Origin: Vitrella brassicaformis CCMP3155
Lineage: Eukaryota; Protista; Chromerida
Length of the DNA stretch: 64,000 bases
Direction of reading: 5' to 3'
NCBI GenBank assembly: GCA_001179505.1
Contig: CDMY01000445.1
Coordinates: 1 to 64,000, forward strand
Under the pieces are notes generated by a model. That model ran no database searches, was not told where the DNA came from, and saw only the letters and a program-made list of their open reading frames with translations. Positions 41,271 to 59,650 of the stretch are shown here, one piece after another. Made by a program: the position numbers and the translations under genes. How positions within the stretch are numbered: position 1 is the first letter of the stretch; each line of letters begins with the position of its first letter.

Positions 41271-41906
41271 ATGGAAACAAGGCCGATCTCGGGAGGCGTT
41301 CGAGCCAGAGGGGCGGGCCATCGGTGGAATCGTCTGCTCTGCTGCCAAAGGTGCGCACAGCACATGCACATGAGTGTATGTTGATCTCTCTGTTCCATGT
41401 GTGTTCGGTTGTGTGTGATGCACCCACAACACAGGCGACAGGCATCCATTGTGTTGTTGATCAGGTTGGCCGAGTTGACCGTCCAGCAGCCACCCCATTC
41501 ATCCCAGCCTCCCTCGTCCAGCAGCTCAGCTGCCCCTCCCCCACAGCAGCCACAGCCACACCCACAGCCACACCAGCCACACCAGCCACACCAGCCACAG
41601 CAGCCACATGGCGGCAGTGGTGACGACACGGCTGGCGAGTGTGTGATCTGTTTCGGCGAGCACGGCGCTGCGTCGATCCTGTATGTGCCGTGCAAGCACC
41701 TGTGTGTGTGCGGCCACTGCTATGCCGATCGCCGGCGGCGCCACGAGGCTCGGGTGAGGCGCATTCGGCGGCACAACGCCCGAGCTGAGAGCGAGGCCGA
41801 CAAGCGGCCCATCCCCAAGTTCGAGTGTGAGATCTGCCGCGAGCAGGTCGGCTTCGCCGGCACTCAGGCAGAGGTCCTCCAGTGGAGCGGACAACCATTC
41901 ACTTAG
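41271..41906 (+). CDS. RING-HC (IAP/MDM2-like) finger protein with QPH repeats
   Basis: CVICF...VPCKHLCVCGHC-x35-CEICR. The (CAGCCACAC)n repeat encodes QPH. ATG 41271 gives the phase-2 donor needed to join the RING exon. Confidence 0.75.
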
Positions 41907-42874
41907 ACAGACACCACTCTTGACGAGTGAGTTGTGAAGGTTTTTGTACCATCATGGAGCTAGATGGTGTGCACGTTTTTTACGCACCAAGTGTGCTCTT
42001 TGTGTGTGCATGGGAAAGACTGTGGAAGGCAGCGTGGTCGTCTAGGAGATGTGTATGTATTGTAGTGTACCATTCAGGTTTTGCACTGGCCCGTTTGTCG
42101 CATGGCAGGTCTGTCTGTCTGTCTGTCTGCAGCGGCATTCATTGTGGGGGGTTGTGGAAGGAAGGGAGAGACAACAGGACGACACTAGGTAGGTATGTAC
42201 GCGACGTGAAGGCATCTATCAGTCAGCGCATATCAGTAACACGTAGTGTCATTGACACATTGAAATCGGCATGAATGAATCCGGGCATGAATCCGATCAC
42301 CATGCACACCACACCGGCAAGAGCCAAGAGCCGGTCATCAGAAACACCATCATGAGACATCAGTTGCCAATGAGTGAATGTCGTGAGTCCGAATGACGAT
42401 TCTGTGAGATCAGACACCCATGCATCCATCGGTGTCCATTGCAGCACCGTACACCCACCCACGACGCACACCGACATGCAATGGCCGGCATGACATGACA
42501 TGACGCAGAGGGGGGCATGGCATGCAGATGACCGGCACCCACCCACATGACTGACGGAACGAAAGAAAAGAGGCACTCACGTGTAGGCAGGCTATGGACA
42601 GACAGGCAGGGCACGCAAGTAGAAAACTCTGGACATTGTCATTATATGCCGAGAAACAAACACCAGGTGAATTCAACGAAATGGGCCACACACGTGTGTA
42701 CGACAAAATGTGTTGGGTGGGAGGGAGGAAAACCTCACTGGAGCGGACATCCCCAGGGAGGGCAAAAACTTGCATCTCCGATGATGCCACTCATTCACTC
42801 ACTCCTCTCACTGCGACACTCAAAAGCCATCTAAAGAGGCCCATCCCACCCCTCGACGTCGTCTCTCCTCTCTC

Positions 42875-42942
42875 CTACAGGCCCTCTACTCTAACACTCT
42901 GTCTTGTCTACAGGCCCTCTACTCTAACACTCTGTCTTGTCT
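42875..42942. repeat. Tandem duplication, 33-bp unit x2
   Basis: ctacaggccctctactctaacactctgtcttgt at 42875 and 42908. Confidence 0.9.
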
Positions 42943-43015
42943 GTCTGCTATGTGACCATCATGTCTGTCTATGCTATGGTATGCTATTACCCAAGGCAGA
43001 AACTTGCAGCAGGCG

Positions 43016-44508
43016 TCTCGTCATCGACTCGTGGCCACCCGCTCCCTCACATGCGCCTTCTCAGCCTCTGCACAGCACAACCAAGACACACATCACATCA
43101 CATCCCACAGACCAAACCATACATACCACATCCCCTAGTGTCTCTCTTCTCCCTCGCCCAGGTTGCCCTGTGTGCGTACCCATTCCTGTCCCCACTTTTG
43201 TTCCCAGTCGCTGTTGCCCTGCTCCCAGTTGTTGCCGTCCTGGCCCGCGCCCCAGTCCTGCTCACCGCCCCAGTTGTGCTTGGGGTCGCCGTCCGGCCCC
43301 CCGGCGTGCACGGGGTCGGGGTTCGCCTGGCCCGGCTGCTGCTGGAACTGCGTGCAGTCGCCTTCCAGAGCCGCTGGCTCACCCGCATCGGCAAACTTGA
43401 GCGCCTCAGAGTTGGCGCTGCACGCACGGCTGAAGTCAACACACGCGCAGAGCAGACACGCCAGGACGGAGGACGCGTCAAAAGGAAAGGGGCGTGGGCT
43501 GTGCAGCGTTGCTGGCTTTAAAGGAGCTCACCGCGTTGCTTCGCCCTGCATGCTGTTCTGTTCGATGCAGAACCTGAAGGCGACGTCAGCGGCGGTTGGC
43601 TGGTTGACAATGTAGTATCGGCTGTGGATGGTGGCGTTGGCGAAGTCGCTCATGTCCTTGGGCCACGCGCTGGGGTAGCCCTCCTTTGCGAAATCGTAAT
43701 ACATGCCGGCGTCAGTAATGTTGGCCTCCTGATGGACCACAGAAACAACAGACAGCACAATGATCAATCAGCCGACACTCATGGTGGTAGCGTCATGGCC
43801 AGGCATCCGTGTGCCCACGTGGTCGTAAAGGACGAGCTCATCGCCCTCCTGCTCTGACATGACGGCTTCTGGCAGCCCCTCGTAGGTCTCCCATCCGCTG
43901 AACTCGGCGCCTGGCTTGACGGCCACGACGGTCGCGCGCAGGAAGAGCGGGAAGTAGTCCTCGGCGCGGTGGCCGCAGAAGTCCCACTGCTTCTTGGCAT
44001 TGCTCACCAGGCAACCTGGCAAGCAACATGACGCAACCACTCACTCACGTGTGATGCGAATCGGACGCGGTGCTGGGTGTGTCGTGCCCACCAAAGTTGG
44101 AGCACTTCTGGTTGTCCGCGGAGAGCACGTCGACCCCCATCCTCGTGAACTCTGCACCACCACAAGAGACAGAAAGAGCCGCCAGGCTCAGTCAGCCAGC
44201 GCCGTTAGACCACCCCTCCCTGCCTCCCTCGCTCCTCTGGTTGTGCGTCATATCATCTTACGGTCAGCCATCTCCCACTCGACGGCTGAGCTGGCCTGGA
44301 ACCACAGGGAATAGTCCCCCTGATCCACCACCAGGTAGTCCACCTTGGCCTTAGTCGTGTCTGTGGTGTCCGCGGCGTCGTCAGCCATAGTCACGTCGTC
44401 AGCCACAGTGGTGTTGGTGTCCCCGGGAGCCTCCGTCACCGGCCCCTGTGCGTATGCGATGGCCACCAGGGCGGCCGCCAGCTGGAGGACGTGCACAAGC
44501 CTGCCCAT
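43016..44508 (-). CDS. Predicted secreted protein of unknown function
   Basis: Signal peptide MGRLVHVLQLAAALVAIAYA-QG and a T/D-rich linker. Several GC3-rich exons (KKQWDFCGHRAEDYFPLFLR, GMYYDFAKEGYPSAWP), then a Trp/Gly/Gln-rich tail. The 3' end is uncertain. Confidence 0.65.
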
Positions 44509-44868
44509 GGCGGTGGTGCCTGTCAGGGGTGGGAGGGACTGCGGAGGGGTGGGGGGCCGGGGGGCGGCGACAGCGATGGGGTAGACAAGTAAAGACGAAC
44601 AAGGAGGGCAGGCCGCAAGACTATCCGGCAGAACGGCAGAAATGCCGTTGCAAGAAACTGGCCGGCCAGTTCGCAGCCGTTGGGGATCGGCGGCCAAATT
44701 TTTCTCTCGGTGACAAGTGGCAACCAGCGACAACATTCTCACCCACCCACCCACCCACGCACGGCCAGTACCAAAACAAGAGTGACAATGCGTGGAATTT
44801 ACTTGTGTCATTGCAGTCACGCGGACACGGAGAAAGAGAAAAGACTGTAGCACCACAGCACAGCCGCC

Positions 44869-45852
44869 ATGGCCATCGGCATCAGGAGATCCTAGCCGTG
44901 TTGAGCATCCAGCCAGGAGTTCCGCTGGCTGAGGCGCCGCGCCGCTGGAGGAAGTTGTCGTTGGTATGCAGCCCGCACCGTACCATGGGAGCCGCACTGC
45001 AATGCTAGGGGGGCTGCAGGCATCGCGAGGATATATGCACTCACTTGTCGCGTCTGTCGTCTTGTTGTGTCTGCAGAAATACCACCCGGACAAAGGCGGC
45101 GACGTAGAGAAGATGAAGGAGATCAACGAGGCCTACCAGGCCATCATTGCCGAGTTTGAGAGCGGACAGCACGGCAACACGGATGACACCGAGGTCGGCA
45201 GCCAACCACGACACAGATACACATCCTACCCTGCCCACCTCTCTGTCGTTGTGTGTTCTTGTGTGTACGTATCTGATGGGTGGGTGCATCGCATCAGTTG
45301 AGGGCAGCGCGGGACGAGGTGAGCACCACCCACCCACCCACACGACTAACCGACATCCAGACCAGACAGCCCACCCCCACGCTCTCTGCACTCATCCCTC
45401 TCTTCCCTGGTCTTTGTGTGTCCCGCGACCGACAGTGTGACGAGCATCTTCGCGAGTACTGGCGGTGGCGGGAGGAGATGAGGAGGCTGGAGGGGGAGTG
45501 GAAGAGGAAGGTGGACCATGCTGCGGCGTTGGTCGCCGAGGTGGGGCATCGGCTGGCCATCGACACCACCACCACCGCACACACCACCACCGCGCCCACC
45601 GCCAACCCCAGCAGCACACACCCCACCACCACAACCAATACCGTGCAAGAGGGCCCCATCATCGAGGGGGAGGAAGGAGGCCGCCATCGGCGGGACGGGC
45701 TGCTGCAGCTGCAGCTGGGGGTGCTGGGGGTTCTTCAAGATCCTCCGCAGCCCCTTCGGCTGCTGCTGCCCCACCACAGCCCACTGATGGGCTGTTGCTG
45801 GCGGGGGCGTGTTGTTAGGCGCGAGCCCCCAGCAGCAGCCCATCAGAACTGA
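44869..45852 (+). pseudogene. J-domain (DnaJ) protein, apparently frameshifted
   Basis: EILAVLSIQPGVPLAEAPRRWRKLSL|KYHPDKGGDVEKMKEINEAYQ keeps the HPD motif. The Kozak-like gccgccATGG at 44869 is out of frame (stop at 44893). Pseudogene versus sequencing error is unresolved. Confidence 0.6.
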
Positions 45853-46484
45853 CTAGATGGTACAGACCACACACAGAGAGTCGCCACCTGATAGACAGCC
45901 CATTTTCTGTAGCCGCTGATGGATTCATTGACCGCATCGACATACATCCGTTAATGCAGTGCAGACACACAGTGTGTGACGGGTCGGCGGAGGGGGGAGG
46001 GAGGGAGGGAGCGGATTGCTGAGTGTGTACTCTTATTTGTGCATTTATGGGGTGGATTGCGCGTGACTGGGGATATAAAGAGCTCACATAAGAGTTCGTG
46101 TTTCATCTCATCCACTGGCGCATGTGTCTCTCTACCGTTGGATATGCACACAACTCACTCATTGACGCATCCATCCATCCATCCACACACACAGCCACGC
46201 ATCAAAAATCATGCAACACAACATGCACACCGCAAGCAAGCATAGTAGGGAGGTCGGTCAGCCCAGCAGCAACGTGCTCTCAAAACTGCACACACAGCCA
46301 CTCCCAGCCCTCCTCTTGATTGATGTGTGCACGGCACGTATGCGCGCCCCTCCGTCAGCGACGGACCAGGCGCTCTTTGTCTGCCCACCCATCCATCCAC
46401 GACTGACACACACACACTCTCATTGTACACACCCACCGCGTACCCCCCACCGACGCGATGCGCGAAACGCTGCGCACGTCCACC

Positions 46485-46784
46485 NNNNNNNNNNNNNNNN
46501 NNNNNNNNNNNNNNNNNNNNNNNNNNNNNNNNNNNNNNNNNNNNNNNNNNNNNNNNNNNNNNNNNNNNNNNNNNNNNNNNNNNNNNNNNNNNNNNNNNNN
46601 NNNNNNNNNNNNNNNNNNNNNNNNNNNNNNNNNNNNNNNNNNNNNNNNNNNNNNNNNNNNNNNNNNNNNNNNNNNNNNNNNNNNNNNNNNNNNNNNNNNN
46701 NNNNNNNNNNNNNNNNNNNNNNNNNNNNNNNNNNNNNNNNNNNNNNNNNNNNNNNNNNNNNNNNNNNNNNNNNNNNNNNNNNNN
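46485..46784. other. Assembly gap (300 N)
   Basis: Run of N. Confidence 0.99.
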
Positions 46785-46821
46785 GCCCCTACATGTCTGT
46801 CACACACATATGGTGTGTCCA

Positions 46822-49800
46822 TCACTTGGTAGAGCCGACCATCTCCTGCGTCAGCTCGTCAGCGGGTTTTTCCCCCGACCGGTGGCCATCCACACCCCAG
46901 TCCTCCAGCTTGCCGTGATCCTCAACAGATGTCGGAGTCGGCGGCGCAGCAGACTCGGCCACCACCTCGCGAGACGGCTCGTGGTCGCTGACCACACCCT
47001 CGGTGTGGGTGGTGTCGTGGCGGCGCTCGCGACGCTCGGCGGCCTCCTCTTCTTGGTCCTCGGAGGCCTGTTGTTCCTCCTTGGTGTGTTCATGCACCAC
47101 CTGGCGCATCCACATCTGGCGGAAGCGGGAGTTGGAGTTGCTCAGCAGCGCTGAGGGCCGACCCTCCTCCACCACACGACCGTTTTCCACAACTGCCGTG
47201 GGCACGGACAAAAGATATATAGATAGATCCATAGAATGAGTGGGTGGCGTGTGCCCGTACGTACGTACCGATGATCCTGTCTGCTCGCGTGACGGATGAC
47301 AGCCTGTGGGCGATGGTGAGGGAGGTGCGGCCCTCGGCCACCTGTTGGGGGCAGGGCAGCCAACACACAGACAGAAGGGAGGGAGGGACACACACACATG
47401 TACTCAATCAATCAATCGGCATACATACAGCTGAGCTGCCCTTTCTCGTCTGTGCGCTGCGCTGCGCCATCCATACGTACGTTCATGAGCGAGTCGACGA
47501 TCTCCCTCTCCGTGAAGGCGTCCATGGCCGACGTCACCTCGTCACACAAAAGGATCGGCGGGTCCTTCAGAATCGCTCGAGCTATCGTGATGCGCTGCAT
47601 GCACCACACAAACATACATCAGAATGAACTCTCGAAGTCCACTGAGCTTCACTCACTCAGCCCACTGACTAACTGACCTGTTTCTCTCCGCCTGAGAGGG
47701 ATGCGCCCCTCTGTCCGATGGTTGTGTTGAGGCCGTCGGGCAGCTTCTCGAGGGTGCGGGAGAGACCCGCCTGGATGGCAGACTCATACACCTGCCAGGC
47801 CACCACAAGGGAGGGAGGGACACACAGGCCAGGCACGGGCGGCTCGTTCGTTTGTTCCGAACCGCGGGAATGAGTGCTGTGTTTGCCCTCTTACCTTCTC
47901 GTCATCGGCCTTCAGGTCGCCATAGAGGATGTTGTTGTAGATGCTCTCCGCAAACACCTGCGTGGCATGGCATGCAGTTTGTCAGAGTCCGACAGCAAGA
48001 TCGCGCCCGCCCTCGGGTCTCTGTCTGTCAACCTGCCTGAGCATTTGTGTGTTGGGTGGGGTGGGGTGGGGTGGGGTGGGTACCTACCTGAGGCTCCTGC
48101 GGGACGACGCCGATGTTTTCCCTCAGCGACGACAGCTGGATGTCCCGCACATCCTGCCCGTTGATCAGCACCCGCCCCGCAGTGGGCTCGTAAAGCCGCG
48201 TCAGGAGCTTCAGCAGCGTGCTCTTGCCGCCCCCAGACCCGCCCACTATCGCCACCTTCTCGCCCTCCCGGATCTTGAGGCTCAAATTGTTGACGATCGT
48301 CCGGGTGCTGTTGGGGTAGGTGAAGGACACGTTGTCGAACTCGATGCTGGCGCCCTTCTTCCTTCGCGGCGATGTGAATGAGAGGGGGTCCTCGTGCGGC
48401 CGGCTGATGAGCAGGGGGAGGGCGTCGGGGCGGTCTGCCACTGCTGGCTCGGAGTTGAGGAGTCTGAACATGTAGTTGAGGTCCACAGACCCTTGCAGCA
48501 GACCCTGTGTTGTGTTGTGTGCACACACACACAGCCAGATGGGGTGTGAGCTGAGCTGAGAGGTTTACCGATGGGAGCGTGTGTTTATGTGTGTGTGTGT
48601 GTGTGTGTGTGTACCTGTAGTAGCCATCCGATGAACCCGAAAGGCTGTATGACTTGTGAGAGGATGGAGTGGAAGGCAACGAAGCCGCCCACACTCATGG
48701 CACCAGTTGTCACCTGGTAGGCGCCTCGCCACAACAGGCTGGTCAAACCTGACAGACACAATAGATAGACAACCGACAAGACACACAAAACACACACTGA
48801 TGAATTAATTGGCCATACGCTCATCTGAGGTGGTTGGGAGGGGAGGGTGGGATTGTTCGTTGGCCTCACTCACCGACAGCAATGATGATCTGCTGGCCCA
48901 GGTTGAGCAGATTCAACGATAGCATGGACCTGATTGATGTGACACACACGGACATTCCCTCCCTCCCTCCCAGTCAGTCTGCCACACACATAATCCAACA
49001 CGTTCTCACTTGATCTGCATGCGTCTGAGTCTCTTGAGTATGGCGTCGAACCGCTGCTCCTCGTGCTTGGCGTTGTCGAACAGCCGGATCATCTCGTGGT
49101 TGCTGAGGGCCTCCACAAAGTACGACCCCCGCTCGTTCTCCAGCTCGTTGACCGACCGCCGCAGCTTGATGCGCCACAGGGCCATGGCCTGCGTGTACAC
49201 CAGGTACACACCCAGCATCACCAGCGTCGCCCCAACCACGTCGCGACCGCAACTCCTGGCCAGCCACCAACACGTCAATACCACCTGACACATATGTCAG
49301 ACAGCCAGGAAGGAAATGCTGCAGCGATGGGGTGAGTCGTTGCTGTCTGGCCAACCGACTGACTGACCTCAAAGAAGGTCGGGAGCAGCCACACGACAGT
49401 GTTGTTGAGGACGTTGTCGAAGCCGTCATCGGCCCTCTCGTACTCGGTTGTCAGTCGGCCGATGGGCGTCCTCACGTAGAAGGACGACTCCAGCTGGAGC
49501 AACCGCGAGAAGACCGCCCTCGAGAACCGCCTGGAGCCCGATGTCTGGACGAGGTTGAAAGTGACGGCCTTGATTTCGTTGCATAGGCTCGACAGCAGCT
49601 TGGCTGTGCCGAAGCCCATCAGCAGGGCGGACGGGACCACCATCGGGCCCCTCTTGGTCGCCGACATCCTGCATACCGACAGAGAGAGAGAGAAGGAGAG
49701 TGCAAGAGTGGCGTGTTGTGTTGTGACTGAGTGGTGCACGTGGCTTGTGTGATGCTTACTGATCGATGGCCCTCGAGAGCAGGATGGGCACCTGCAGTGC

Positions 49801-50322
49801 CAGCACCTTGGAGGCGACGACGGCCGCCATGCTGATCAGAATGAGCAGCGGGTTCCACTTGACGCCCTCCCCCGATGTAATGTAGCTCAACAGACGGCGG
49901 CAGAAGAGCCCCGCAGCGCCGTACTGCTCGGCGACGGAGTCCACAAAGGACCGAACAGACCGGACGGGGTCGAATGCCCTCCTCCTCTCATCGCCCACGA
50001 GAGCACCATCGGCCGGTGCGTCGGCCGACACCGCTGCTGTGCATAAAGGCCCTCCGTCGCTCTGCCGCCTCCTGGTGCCGAACAGGTCGCCATTCTCATA
50101 GACAGGAGCCCTTCGGGCGTCTCGATGCGGCCTAGATCTTCTCGTCTGCGGCCGTGGCCTCAAGATGGGGAGGAAGGCGGGCTCGCTTGGCGGTGATGCA
50201 GCCCTTGTGCGCAATGGGGATCTGCGGTCTGTCCGCCTCAGCGGCTCGACGGTTCTTGTTGAAATGACTGCATCTGCCTGCCCAACGAAGGGCAGCACAG
50301 CCACACTTGCCAGCAGCTTCAT
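46822..50322 (-). CDS. ATM1/ABCB7-like half ABC transporter
   Basis: [59 protein letters not shown]|[25 protein letters not shown]. Confidence 0.92.
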
Positions 50323-50344
50323 ATTTGCACCGCAACCCGCGACG

Positions 50345-50376
50345 TTTTGCGAGCTCAGCACCAGACTGCGAGCTTA
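50345..50376 (+). promoter_or_regulatory. Two copies of TGCGAGCT(C/T)A (ATM1-like/CDPK7 gap)
   Basis: TGCGAGCTCA at 50348 and TGCGAGCTTA at 50367, within a ~220-bp divergent gap. Confidence 0.6.
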
Positions 50377-50541
50377 GCTGCACACGGGACACACACAGGT
50401 GCTCTCTTTCACTTGGCGACTGCCTTGAGAATGGCCGGCGGCGCCACTCAAGAATCTTTTATCAAGCGTACGAGCTTGTCGAGAGCCGTGTATGCAGCAA
50501 CCACGATGGCGGACGTGATTTGACGAGCACAGTTGCGATTG

Positions 50542-55997
<5,456 letters not shown>

Positions 55998-57212
55998 CCG
56001 GCCGGCCGGCTTGGTTGCTGGTCTGCTGGGCGGCTGTGGTTTGTTGTGGCTTCCTCCCTTGATTGATTGATTGCTTCCTTGCTTGAGTGGTCTCTGGTCG
56101 GTGCACCGTCGATTTTTCGGCTGTTGTCTTGCCTCTTTGCCTCTTCCCTCCCAGTTGCGTTGCTCTTTCTGGCTTCCCTTGCTGCCTCCCATTGCTTGCG
56201 TCGCGGCCGTTGTGCGGCCGGGTGGGATGGATGGATGGCACAAGTTTTGGCTTTTCAAGGACGGTCGGTGGTCGGTCGGTCGGTCGGTGTACCCCTTCGT
56301 GTTGCCCTCCCTCCCTGCATGTGTGATGAGAGAGTGTGTGTGTGTGTGGCGTGTATAGCTAGTCCAATGACGACCAGTGACGTGTGTGCCGATGGGCACC
56401 TGCCTCTGCTCCTTCCTTCCTCTCTCTCCTCTCCTCCCCTCCCCTCTCCCCTCCCCTGTCTGCCAGTCGCCGACACCCTTTCGCCTTTTCCCTGTTTGGA
56501 CACTCTTTCACCTGTTTCCTGCCTGCCACGTTGCGTGTTACGTGTGTGAGACACTTACTTGTCACATCGACCTTCACTTATTCTCTTGTTCGTTCGTTCG
56601 TGCCCTCCCCGATCGACTCATTCTCTAACAGCCGCGACTCAACCAACCGTCAAAGCAGCCCAGCCCCATCGGCAGGCAACACACGAGCGACTGCCGCCCA
56701 GCCCGGCCCAGCCCATCCCAAGATTACGCCCACCCACCCATCTCTGCTGTTTGCGGATGGATGGTGGATGTGGCGGACCTGCTTGTGAGGGCTGCCTGCA
56801 GTGAGTGCATGGTAATCACAGAGAGGCGAGTGCGAGAGATGCGAACCGAACTCAAACGTACGTTCGTGAATGGATGTCTTTGTATAAACACACGCACATG
56901 GTCATCTACACACATGCACAAAACTGACTGCCGCCCATTTTTCTCCGTCCCTCCCTCCCTCCCCCGACCGCGGTGTCAGCCAGCCAGAAGCACCCGTCCG
57001 TCACACACTGTGTGTCTGCTCTGCACATGAATGTATGTATGTATGTCTACGATAGCGGTCGATGAATCCATCTGCGTGTGCATGGAATGACTGTGAGGAG
57101 AGACACATGCAAGCCCTCGCCTTGCAGTCATTCCATGGCATGCACACCACAGATGCTTGCGTGTGCAAGGGCTGTTGGTTGTACAGACAGATGCATTGCA
57201 AGCACCCATCGA

Positions 57213-59650
57213 TCACATCACCACACAACCTCCCTCCACCTCCCTTATCAGCCCCCAGCACCCCCAGCTGCCGCCGCAGCAGCCCGTCCCCCCGATGGCG
57301 GCCTCCTCCCCCTCGATGGTGATGGTGGTGGCGACGGCCTTGGTGGGGTACAGCGTCGATGAAGGCCGCCACTGCTGCCTCCACCTCCTCCTCCCTCTCC
57401 CTGGCCTTTCGCTTCTCCTGCACCCGCCTCTGGAAGTCCGCCTGCCGCGCCGGGGTTCGAGCTTGGCCTTGGCGGCCGCCAGGCGCTGGTCCAGCTCCCG
57501 GCTCGCCTCCTCCGACTTCTCAATGCTCTTCTTCAGAGCATCGAGCTCCTCACGCACCTCTGAACGGATCCCCTTGCGCAGCTCCCGCAGCTGTGGGTTG
57601 GGTTTGTCCTGCGTGTGGCCAGTGATCTTGCTCACCTCCTCGTCCCCCTCGATGATGGTGTCCTCCTGTGTGGCGGTGTCGGGCTTGGGGGACGGGTTGG
57701 TGAGCTTGACGTACTTGTCGATGGCCGCCTCCACCTCGCGGCGTCGTTTGAGCCTCGCGGTTCCTGGATGGATGGATGGACGGAGCACACAGGATACCGC
57801 GAAGGCATCGTCAAGTCTATTTGAGGCTGGATGTGTCGTATGTTGTGTTGCTGCCTACCCCTTGCACGTCAGACAGCTCCTTCTCAATCTTCTGCCCACC
57901 CAGACAGAAGGGAGAGAGACATGCAATGGAATGGATGTTACGACTGAGCCTTACCACGCTGAGCCTTGCGATATCCCAGCCACACCACTCCGTCTCGGGG
58001 AGAATCCTTGGGAGACCGTAGCAGGCGCCGCGGGAGGGGAGTCTCAGGTGCCATTTGAAGTGGGGGACCACCTCAATCAGCAGTGAGATCGGCAGGGCTT
58101 CGAGGCAGCGAAAGGGCAGATGGAGAAAGACACCAGCGAGCAGATTGACGTTCTGCATCGGTGACAGACACAAAGAGACGGTCTCTGTCTGTATCTATCT
58201 GCGTATGGGTTGGGTACTTCTACGAGGTATGTGAGGGTGTCGATCAGCGCCTCCGTGTCATCGGCGTTGCTCTCGACGCCACACACACCAGACTGCACCT
58301 GAAGAGGGGCACCAAGCGATGCATTACCACACGTGCACTGCAACAACCCTCCGTCAGGCGTGTCGATGCGCACCTTGATGGTATTGGGGCTGTCCATCGG
58401 ACGTCGATGCCTGGCGTCCGACCGTCCAGTCGCCGCCGTGCGAGCCCTCCCGCACGGTGACCAACCGAAGCAGCGCTGAGACGCAAAACAACATCCACAC
58501 ACGTGAGTGTGGTGGCTGTAGTCGAGCCGTACGCGTATCAAAGGCATGGCATGCAGCCCCGGGAGACAGGCACCGCGCACCACGCCACCACCCTCAGATT
58601 CATCGATCTGCACACACAGCCACAGGGGCCGACTCACAAACACGGGAGAAAGGACAGATGGATGGATGGATGGATGTGGCCACGAGAGTGGGTGTGTGGG
58701 GGTGTGTGTGATCACTCACCGGTATGAGAGATTTGCCTCCTGCGATGAGTGTCTCCGATACAGCTACGTCACCACCAGCAGATACGCACGACTCGGCCTT
58801 GGTCTTGCGTATCATGGATGAGGGCGCGGGCAAGTCGAGAAGGCTGTCGTGTGGGTTGGTGGTGGGGCGGGGCGGCTGTGACGTCTTGACGCGGCAAGTG
58901 AGGCGGCGTCGCTCGGCCTCTATGGCGGCCGAGCCCACCTGATGGGGCTGAAATCGCTGCACAAGACCAATGTGAGTGAGCATGGCGGCTGTGGGGTCAG
59001 ACTGTCCCTTCTTGTCGTCTTACATACATTAAGATAGCACGCCACACTGAGCTGAGTCAGCTGCAGTAGAGAGGGGATGTTGAAAAAGTCCGCCGCCTGC
59101 AGCGGGTCCAGGACACCAAACACGTACAGAGGGCGCGTGTGCTGTGTGTCTGGTGACTCTGGCGGTTGCTGTACCTTCATGATTCTGAGGACCTGATACT
59201 CGTTCTGTCGGAGATAGAAGGCGTCCCACCCATCAGACACGACCTGCATTCCAAAAGAAGAAGCGGCAATGAAGATTCACGCAGCTCATGAGCCATATGA
59301 GCCATATGATCGTCTGCATCTGACCTCCCCGATGTGGTGTGACTCGACGCGTTTGCAAGGCAGCCACGGATCCTCGTCGGCCACATGGCGCTCGCAGTAC
59401 TCCAGCACCGCCATCAGAGTGAGTCTGCTAAACTGACGGACCGGCAGCGGCTCATCGGCGTCTGCGAGAGATGCACACAAGAACTCACAGACGGGCTCGG
59501 AGGGATCTCAGCCAGATGTTCTCTCTCACCCCCTTCCGACATGTCTGCGATGACATCCGATTTCTGCACCGCCGCATCAATGGTGGTCGCGTCCAGATGC
59601 ATCAAACCGGTTCTCGCCACGAGAACGAGGCGGCGCTTCGTCATATCCAT
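57213..59650 (-). CDS. Skp1-family protein with long C-terminal extension (F-box-like motif, coiled coil, Cys/Trp tail)
   Basis: PLPVRQFSRLTLMAVLEYCERHV, GE|VVSDGWDAFY, IMK|AADFFNIPSLLQLTQLSVACYL match Skp1. Downstream exons join in frame via GT-AG up to ~57960; beyond that the frame is ambiguous. Confidence 0.7.

Noticed and set aside
46211-47154. ORFs spanning X runs (also 61924..62800)
   Set aside because: Artefacts of translating through N gaps.
57157-58086. 309-aa plus-strand ORF
   Set aside because: Antisense shadow of the GC-rich minus-strand coding exons; no recognisable features.
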